The position numbers were made by a program, and so were the translations under genes. From an uncultured delta proteobacterium (GTDB lineage Bacteria > Desulfobacterota > Desulfuromonadia > Geobacterales > DSM-12255), in contig CAWBBV010000007.1 of assembly GCA_963787125.1 (NCBI GenBank), positions 1 to 64,000 on the forward strand: a stretch of 64,000 nt of DNA. Direction: 5' to 3'. The notes under the pieces were generated by a model that did not search any database, was not told where the DNA came from, and was given only the letters and a program-made list of their open reading frames with translations. Below, in pieces: positions 57,340 to 64,000 of the stretch. Numbering within the stretch: the stretch's first letter is position 1; the number at the start of each line of letters is the position of its first letter.

Positions 57340-58947
57340 TTACAGAATCTTACTGAGAATATCAATTATAAAGACAATTTCACCGTTGCCAAGCACTGTT
57401 GCACCGTTGATTCTGTGAAGGGCGGTAAGCGGACGATGAAGTGGTTTTACAAAAACTTCCTGGTTGCCAAGGAGCTGATCGACTTGAATTCCTGTCTTGC
57501 AGCCTTTAAGCTCAGTGACAAATAACTGAATAGATTCTTTATTGTGCCGATTTCCCGGGAGGTTAAGAAGTTGGCTTAAAGGGACAATCGGAATGGTCTC
57601 ATCGCCGAGGAAAAAGAATTCACCACCGTCCATTGCTACAAGATCTTCTGTTTTCAACTCCATAGTTGTATTCACCGCAGTCAGCGGCAGAGCAATGGTA
57701 AAGGTGCCGACTTTTACCAGTAGAACATTGATAATGGCAATTGTTAGTGGCAAGCGGAGGAGAAATGAAGAGCCTTTGCCAGCTTCACTGGCTATCGAAA
57801 GTGAGCCTCCCATGCACTGAATGGCGGTTCTGACCACGTCCATCCCGACCCCCCTGCCGGAAACAGATGTGACCTTTTCCGTTGTTGAGAAGCCGGGGTG
57901 GCAGATCAGCAGCAGTTTTTCATCGGCAGTAAGTGTAGCACACTTCTCTTTTGACAGAAAACCTTTGGTAATCGCAGCAGCAACTATTTTTTCAGGGTCT
58001 ATCCCGGAGCCATCATCCTCAATGTTAATGACAACCTGATCTTTTTGCCTGGTAATGGAGACAGTGATTTTTCCGCCAGGGGATTTACCTTTGCCGGTTC
58101 TTGCAGAAGTTGTTTCTATCCCATGATCGACAGCGTTGCGGAGCAGATGGGCGAGAGGGTCTCCAAGAAGCTCAAGGATGCTGCGGTCGAGTTCTATTTC
58201 CGCCCCTTTAATGGCAAAAGTGATCTCTTTACCGGATTTGCGTGCCAGATCACGGACCATACGCGGGAATCTTTCTGTTACCAGTGAAAGCGGCATGAGC
58301 CGGATTGCCATGACTTGATCGTGAAGTTCACGCAGGTGTTTGTCGAGAGACCGCAGCGCAGCGGAAGTTTCATAATTACGACTGTTTTTCGCAAGCATGG
58401 TCAGCCGGTGCTTGACAGTGATCAGCTCGCCGGTGGTATCCAGAAACCGGTCGAGAACCGCCGTTTTTACTTTGACTGTTTGCATTGCAAGCGATTCTTC
58501 CAGGGAAAGTTCAATCGGAATCTGTTCGGGTGCAGCTTCAGCGCTTTGCCGGGCTTCAGGTGGGTGAGTGAACTCGTCCGGATAGGCGGTAATTTTTGCA
58601 AGAAGATCACCGCCTTCAAGATTTCCGCTGCCGCCGTCAGCTATATCAGCCAGCATTTTAGAGAGCATTGCTTCACCCTCAAGCAGGAGGTCAAAGAGTC
58701 CGGCATCGACAGTGATCCCTTTTCTGACTCTGTCCATGAGGTCTTCCATTTTGTGAGCAACATCTGCAACAGTATCAAAGCCCATGGATGCGGCCATGCC
58801 TTTTACCGAATGAGCTGATCTGAAAAGGGAATCAATGGTTGGTTTATCAGTATGGTCAGACTCAAGGGCAACAGCGAGCGCTGAAATGTTTTTCAGATGC
58901 TCACGGGCTTCCGTGAGAAAGAGATCATGATATTGTGACATATCCAT
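57340..58947 (-). CDS. cheA: Chemotaxis histidine kinase (Hpt, dimerisation, HATPase, CheW; no obvious P2)
   Basis: FRSAHSVKG, HLLRNAVDHG, GRGVGMD. Confidence 0.95.
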   Translation of the reverse strand: MDMSQYHDLFLTEAREHLKNISALAVALESDHTDKPTIDSLFRSAHSVKGMAASMGFDTVADVAHKMEDLMDRVRKGITVDAGLFDLLLEGEAMLSKMLADIADGGSGNLEGGDLLAKITAYPDEFTHPPEARQSAEAAPEQIPIELSLEESLAMQTVKVKTAVLDRFLDTTGELITVKHRLTMLAKNSRNYETSAALRSLDKHLRELHDQVMAIRLMPLSLVTERFPRMVRDLARKSGKEITFAIKGAEIELDRSILELLGDPLAHLLRNAVDHGIETTSARTGKGKSPGGKITVSITRQKDQVVINIEDDGSGIDPEKIVAAAITKGFLSKEKCATLTADEKLLLICHPGFSTTEKVTSVSGRGVGMDVVRTAIQCMGGSLSIASEAGKGSSFLLRLPLTIAIINVLLVKVGTFTIALPLTAVNTTMELKTEDLVAMDGGEFFFLGDETIPIVPLSQLLNLPGNRHNKESIQLFVTELKGCKTGIQVDQLLGNQEVFVKPLHRPLTALHRINGATVLGNGEIVFIIDILSKIL

Positions 58948-59010
58948 GGAGCTTGTCCTTGATTACTGCAGGAGCCAGTCGGGCCTGGATTTTCCAAGTC
59001 CGGCCGGCGC

Positions 59011-59436
59011 TTAGGAAACTAACGCCTTTTCAACAGATAGAAGCAGAGTTTCAAGGTTCAAAAGGGCAAATTCCCCTTCCGGGAGGGTAAAGATTGTCTG
59101 CTCGAATTCAGCGGAGCCAGCCGCAAAGGAGATGATGTCAGAGGCTAAAATCATTCGCTCCATCTGCTCTACAACAAAGGCCAGGGCTGTGTCAGGCATC
59201 TTCAGAAGTAGCAGGTTATGCGCATTGCAAACAGGGCCGCTGCCGAGATACATGGAGAGATCAAGAACTGCTGCGAGCTTGCCATGGATATTTACCACGC
59301 CACGGAGGAAGCGGGGTGAATCCGGTATGGGATATTCCGGCAACAGCTCGGCTATTTCATCGACAGCTGCGACATTAACTGCATAGCGGCGCCCGCCGGT
59401 GGAGAAGAGCATATACCTGTCAACGGCATTATTCAT
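59011..59436 (-). CDS. cheW: CheW-like coupling protein
   Basis: PIPDSPRFLRGVVNIHGK...LDL. Confidence 0.85.
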   Translation of the reverse strand: MNNAVDRYMLFSTGGRRYAVNVAAVDEIAELLPEYPIPDSPRFLRGVVNIHGKLAAVLDLSMYLGSGPVCNAHNLLLLKMPDTALAFVVEQMERMILASDIISFAAGSAEFEQTIFTLPEGEFALLNLETLLLSVEKALVS

Positions 59437-60712
59437 GCTCTTGCAGCAGGTCTGCCGGTAGCCTGAATCGCTCAACAGCGCTCAAAAGATCGGTCGCCAG
59501 AACTGCCAGCTCTCTGGTTGCAGCCGCCATCTCCTGCATTGCAGCCGACTGCTCTTCAGTTGCTGCAGAGACCTGTTCGGTTGCAGCGGCATTGTCCTCG
59601 GCAACCTTTGTAATCTCATCAATGGTTTTTACCATCTTCTGGGTGCCGTCACTTTGCATGCTGGAGAGATCTGCAATGCTGTTTGCTTTGCGCTCTGCCT
59701 CCATGACTGTTTGAACAATGGACTGGAAAACCGCGGCGGTACTGTTGATTTTTTTCTTACCCTCATTTACCTGTCTTGAACTTGAGGCAAAAGTATCTCG
59801 AACCTTGACGCTGTCCTCTTTTATCAGGCCGACAAGATCGATGATTTCAGAAGCGGAGCGGCTTGTGCCGTCAGCAAGCTTGCGTACCTCTTCGGCAACG
59901 ACTGTAAAGCCTTTGCCATATTCGCCGGCACGAACAGCTTCTATCGAGGCGTTGAGCGCCAGCATATTTGTCTGGCGAGCAATCTCGACAATTATGTCGG
60001 CAATTTTGCCGACTTGCTGAAGCTTGCCGTTGAGTTCGGCAAACTGATGCCCGGTGTACTCGACTGTTTCTAGAAACTCTTTCATCAGATCCATTGTCTG
60101 TCTGGCCAGGTCAGTTCCCTGCTGTGCAGTGGCTGTTGTATCTCTTGCCGACTGGGCGGATTCTTTGGCCCTGTTGGCTACAAGTTCTACAGAAACAGCA
60201 AGTTCATGGATAAGTGTTGAGCCTTTTCCTGCCATCTCTGCCTGAACCTCTGCACCGTGGGAGATCTGTTCAAGGGCTTTGGCAATTTCTTCTGTGGTTG
60301 CATTCACTTCCAAAGTTGTCGAAGAGAGCGTGTGCGCAGATTCGGAAACCTGTCCTGATGCCAGGCGGATCTGACTTACCAGTCCGCGGAGATTATCTGC
60401 CATCAGGTTTATCGAGTTGGCTATGCCGATAGTTTCATCCGGGAAAACCTTTGACTTTATCTCAAGCTCTTCGGAAAGATCCCCGGCGCTGATAGCTTCC
60501 ACCGAAGCTGTGATTTTGCCGATATTCCGGCTCAAACCTTTTGTCAGGAGCCATCCCAGTATCAGGCCGGTAGTGAGAGCTACAGCAGAGGCAAAGATGT
60601 GGGTCATCTCTTGTGAGTAGCCGAGAGCCATAACAATTGAAGGGGAAAATTCAACTGCAGCAACAACGAGGATAATTCCCAGAATAAATTTGTAGCCGAT
60701 AGGGATGTACAT
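59429..60712 (-). CDS. Methyl-accepting chemotaxis protein with no periplasmic sensor domain
   Basis: Two adjacent TM helices, HAMP, QTNMLALNASIEAVRAGEYGKGFTVVAEEVRKLA. Confidence 0.93.
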   Translation of the reverse strand: MYIPIGYKFILGIILVVAAVEFSPSIVMALGYSQEMTHIFASAVALTTGLILGWLLTKGLSRNIGKITASVEAISAGDLSEELEIKSKVFPDETIGIANSINLMADNLRGLVSQIRLASGQVSESAHTLSSTTLEVNATTEEIAKALEQISHGAEVQAEMAGKGSTLIHELAVSVELVANRAKESAQSARDTTATAQQGTDLARQTMDLMKEFLETVEYTGHQFAELNGKLQQVGKIADIIVEIARQTNMLALNASIEAVRAGEYGKGFTVVAEEVRKLADGTSRSASEIIDLVGLIKEDSVKVRDTFASSSRQVNEGKKKINSTAAVFQSIVQTVMEAERKANSIADLSSMQSDGTQKMVKTIDEITKVAEDNAAATEQVSAATEEQSAAMQEMAAATRELAVLATDLLSAVERFRLPADLLQEHE

Positions 60713-60741
60713 TTTCAGCCTCCTTGCAAAAAAAACAGTAG

Positions 60742-61632
60742 TTATATAACTCCCAACGGGCGGTATATCCTTTCCAGCGGGCAGACTGTCTGGAATTGGC
60801 TCCTGGTTTCACCGAGGATTGTTTCAGACTTGCCGAGGACAAGAAGGCCGGTGTTTCCCAGGGCACTGGCGATATTCCGGAGGACTTTTTCCTGCTGTTC
60901 ACGAGCAAAGTAGATCAGTACATTGCGGCAGAGCAACAGATCGCACTTTTGATAGATAAGATTGTTGAACATCTCACCTTGTTTGAAGCTGACCATTTTT
61001 CTTATGGCAGGGGCTAGATTATATTGAGTACCCTCTTCGGTAAAATATTTTTCAATGTAGTTACTCGGCGTTTCCAACAGACGATCATAATTGTAGGTAG
61101 CTTTTTCGGCGTTCTGGAGAATGGCGCTATCCACGTCGGTCCCTTCGATTATGACAGGGATCTCCTCCATTTCGCGGGAAAAGTGTTCCGCAAGAATCAA
61201 GGCAAGTGAGTAGGGTTCTTCGCCACTGGCGCAGCCAAGACTCCAGAAACGGAGGCTCTTTGTCCTGTTTTGTCTGGCCAGGGTAAAAAGATGCGGGATA
61301 ATTTCAGTGCGCAATTTTTCAAATGTGGTCAAGTTGCGGAAAAACTGGCTCACATGAATGGTGAGCACCTTAACCAGCAGATCTATCTCCGTTTTCTCAG
61401 CCAAAAGCAGGTCGCAATAGTCTTTAACTGTTGCGCAGTGATTTGCCCTGATTCGAATCGCGATTCTTCGCCTGACGCATTTATCCTTATAGGCTTCAAG
61501 GTTGAAGCCGCGATTGAAAAGCAGGATTTTGCGGATCTGCGTGAATTCCTGTTCCGAGATCTCAAAGGAGGACTGTTCTGAAACCCGGAGCGGTCCTTCC
61601 GGAGCTATCGTTAATGCTGCATCAGCTGACAA
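60742..61632 (-). CDS. cheR: Chemotaxis methyltransferase
   Basis: SQFFRN, WSLGCASGEEPYS, CRNVLIYF. Confidence 0.94.
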   Translation of the reverse strand: MSADAALTIAPEGPLRVSEQSSFEISEQEFTQIRKILLFNRGFNLEAYKDKCVRRRIAIRIRANHCATVKDYCDLLLAEKTEIDLLVKVLTIHVSQFFRNLTTFEKLRTEIIPHLFTLARQNRTKSLRFWSLGCASGEEPYSLALILAEHFSREMEEIPVIIEGTDVDSAILQNAEKATYNYDRLLETPSNYIEKYFTEEGTQYNLAPAIRKMVSFKQGEMFNNLIYQKCDLLLCRNVLIYFAREQQEKVLRNIASALGNTGLLVLGKSETILGETRSQFQTVCPLERIYRPLGVI

Positions 61633-62637
61633 TTAGCAGGCTCCCTTTTCAGTTTCAATGAAGTGGTCATAACCACTGGAGACAGCGTCATAGCAACTCC
61701 CGTCGCTAAGAGCAAGATAGAGACCCGTTGCTTCGGTTATCTCGCCAATAACGGTAATGACTACCCCCGTATCTGCCGCCGCCACCTCAGCTTCTTTCAG
61801 CTTTGAAGGGGCGAGAGTGAAGAGGAGTTCGTAATCTTCACCGCCGCAAAGGGGTAGACGGTAATAGTCGGCCGAGTTTTTACCGACATAATGTTTAAAG
61901 TCGCTGGAAAGCGGGATGCTGTCGAGGCAGATTCGCGCCCCCTTTAGCGAAGCTGCAAGGATATGGCCGAGATCAGCATACAGACCGTCACTGATGTCTA
62001 TCATGGCAGAAGGAATAGCTCTGGCTGCCAGGGCTTTACCGAGTTCTACCCTCGGAACAGGGTTTAGATGTCTATTTACGGCGTCTCCAGAGCGTGAACC
62101 GCTTTTGAGCAGATTCAACCCGAGAGCAGAATCCCCAAGCGTTCCACTTACACAGATCAATTCTCCCGCCGCGGCGCCGCTACGTTTGACTATTTTTTCA
62201 GGATACTGCTCACCCAGCAGGGTGACATTTATCACTAGAGAGTCTTTTGCCGAGGAGGTGTCTCCGCCGATGAGCGAAACTCCGTATTTTTCAGCCTGTT
62301 CCAGAAAGCCGCTGATAAAGCTTTCCATAAACTCGAAAGAGAGTTTCGTCGGGATGGCAAGTGATAGCAGGGCGTAGCGTGGGTTTCCACCCATGGCAGC
62401 AATGTCGGAGAGGTTGACGGCAAGAGATTTGCGACCGAGGTCGGTGGCGTCGCTCCAGGCGAGATCGAAATGAATCCCTTCAGCCAACAGATCGGCCGTA
62501 GAAAGCAGCGCCATCCCGGGGGTCAGGCTGGTTGCTGCCGCATCGTCACCTATGCCGAGAAGGATGCCAGGGCTTTTGCGGCACCTCTCTCGCACACTGT
62601 TAATAAAGCCGAACTCGCCGATCTCGGAGAGTTTCAA
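61633..62637 (-). CDS. thiL: Thiamine-monophosphate kinase
   Basis: [34 protein letters not shown]. Confidence 0.96.
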   Translation of the reverse strand: MKLSEIGEFGFINSVRERCRKSPGILLGIGDDAAATSLTPGMALLSTADLLAEGIHFDLAWSDATDLGRKSLAVNLSDIAAMGGNPRYALLSLAIPTKLSFEFMESFISGFLEQAEKYGVSLIGGDTSSAKDSLVINVTLLGEQYPEKIVKRSGAAAGELICVSGTLGDSALGLNLLKSGSRSGDAVNRHLNPVPRVELGKALAARAIPSAMIDISDGLYADLGHILAASLKGARICLDSIPLSSDFKHYVGKNSADYYRLPLCGGEDYELLFTLAPSKLKEAEVAAADTGVVITVIGEITEATGLYLALSDGSCYDAVSSGYDHFIETEKGAC

Positions 62638-64000
62638 GCAGATACCCCTTTATGTGAGGTGACAAGCAGTTTACCTACCGGCGATTTTTTCTTCTTCACA
62701 ATCGGTTCTGCAGGGTTGACCGCAGCAATCGGAAAGTTTTCAAGCGCAATCCTGAGAACCTCTTCAACCTCTTTTACAGTTATGATATGCACCTTTTTAA
62801 GAATGGTCTTGGGAATATCGTGAAGGTCCTTTTCATTTTGAGCAGGGATGATAATGGTTTTTATCCCTGCCCTGACAGCGGCAAGGATTTTCTCCTTGAG
62901 TCCGCCGATAGGGAGAACCTTGCCCCGGAGGGTGATCTCTCCGGTCATGGCGACCTCTTTTTTGACAGGAGTCTTGGTAAGCGCCGACACCAGTGCCGTT
63001 GCCATGGTAATCCCGGCTGAAGGGCCGTCTTTCGGGATGGCGCCGGCTGGGACGTGGACATGTATTTCAATGTTCTGGAAAAGGTCATCAGCGAGATTAA
63101 ATTCTTTACTTTTTGAGCGAATCCAGGAAAGAGCTGCCTGCACAGACTCTTTCATGACATCGCCAAGATGACCTGTGAGGGTAAGGCCACCTTTGCCATT
63201 CATTATGGTCGCTTCAATATGAAGGGTCTCTCCCCCGACCGGGGTCCAGGCAAGTCCGGTTACCAAACCGATTTCGTTCTTTTCCGCTTCCGGTTCACGG
63301 ATGAATTTCGGCGGACCGAGATACTTACTGACATTGGCAGCGTTGATCATGAAACGTCGCTTGTCTCCTTCGGCAATCTGGCGGGCAACTTTCCGGCAGA
63401 CTCCACCGATTTCCCGCTCCAGGTTTCGCAGGCCAGCTTCTCTGGTGTAGCTGGCAATCAGCGTCTTGATTGATTCATCGGTAAACGTGATGTTTTTGGT
63501 TGTAATCCCGTTGTCTTTGGTCTGTCTCGGGACAAGGTAGCGCTTGGCTATCTCCAGCTTCTCCTCTTCTGTATAGCCGGAGAGATTAATCACTTCCATC
63601 CGGTCCAGCAGTGGGCCGGGAATCGTATCTATCTGATTTGCCGTAGCAATGAACATTACATTGGAAAGATTGAATGGCAGATTTATGTAATGATCGGAAA
63701 ACATGTAGTTCTGTTCAGGATCAAGTACCTCAAGCAGTGCAGATGACGGGTCACCGCGGAAATCGGACCCGAGTTTGTCGAGTTCGTCAAGCATGAAGAC
63801 GGGATTGTTCATCCCGGCCTGTTTCAACCCCTGAATGATCCTTCCTGGCAGAGCACCCACATAAGTCCGTCTGTGGCCGCGGATCTCGGCTTCATCACGC
63901 ATGCCGCCAAGGGACATTCGTACAAATTTTCTCCCCATGGCCCTGGCAATGGACTTGCCAAGAGAAGTCTTGCCGACACCGGGGGGGCCGACGAAGCAGA
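62634..64000 (-). CDS. lon: ATP-dependent protease La (paralogue 2, 5' end outside window)
   Basis: GPPGVGKTS at window edge, [14 protein letters not shown]. Confidence 0.95.
   Translation of the reverse strand, partial: CFVGPPGVGKTSLGKSIARAMGRKFVRMSLGGMRDEAEIRGHRRTYVGALPGRIIQGLKQAGMNNPVFMLDELDKLGSDFRGDPSSALLEVLDPEQNYMFSDHYINLPFNLSNVMFIATANQIDTIPGPLLDRMEVINLSGYTEEEKLEIAKRYLVPRQTKDNGITTKNITFTDESIKTLIASYTREAGLRNLEREIGGVCRKVARQIAEGDKRRFMINAANVSKYLGPPKFIREPEAEKNEIGLVTGLAWTPVGGETLHIEATIMNGKGGLTLTGHLGDVMKESVQAALSWIRSKSKEFNLADDLFQNIEIHVHVPAGAIPKDGPSAGITMATALVSALTKTPVKKEVAMTGEITLRGKVLPIGGLKEKILAAVRAGIKTIIIPAQNEKDLHDIPKTILKKVHIITVKEVEEVLRIALENFPIAAVNPAEPIVKKKKSPVGKLLVTSHKGVSA

Noticed and set aside
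41463..64000. Two Lon genes and tandem lolA paralogues as novelty
   Set aside because: Multiple Lon and LolA paralogues are, to my knowledge, common in this lineage, and both Lon copies keep their catalytic motifs.

Overview
A 64-kb chromosomal window whose gene content and order look like Geobacteraceae/Desulfuromonadales (taxonomy inferred, not searched). The housekeeping backbone includes hisC-B-H-A-F-E, rpsU-cvpA-dnaG-rpoD, mutS2, hisG-hisI, rplI-yybS-rpsR-rpsF, hpnJ, dciA, two lon genes, an ABC-F gene, rne, a CoA-transferase/3-hydroxybutyrate dehydrogenase operon, cobD, a WYL regulator, yajQ, two lolA paralogues, a reduced cheR-mcp-cheW-cheA cluster and thiL. Three AT-richer accessory segments interrupt it. 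(1) About 4.2-11.4 kb: an operon of three lipoproteins, a lipoprotein-like TPR-CHAT (caspase-fold) protease and an exported M23 peptidase. (2) About 16.1-22.7 kb: a large exported NHL/FN3/transglutaminase-like/TPR gene and its partner, separated by an IS6-like element whose transposase needs a -1 frameshift. (3) About 26.7-28.8 kb: a YVTN surface protein behind a sigma54-type promoter. The strongest signal is the leader of segment 1: a promoter, then a short leader ORF made of (CACAGCC)x~8 repeats, then an intrinsic terminator. Two of the three reading frames stop before the terminator and the third reads through it. This suggests a repeat-number-controlled (phase-variable) attenuator switching an extracytoplasmic caspase-like protease/lipoprotein system. 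A second notable signal is a stand-alone GGQ factor resembling mtRF-R/C12orf65 that is translationally coupled to mutS2. All calls are by eye from motifs; no database searches were run.
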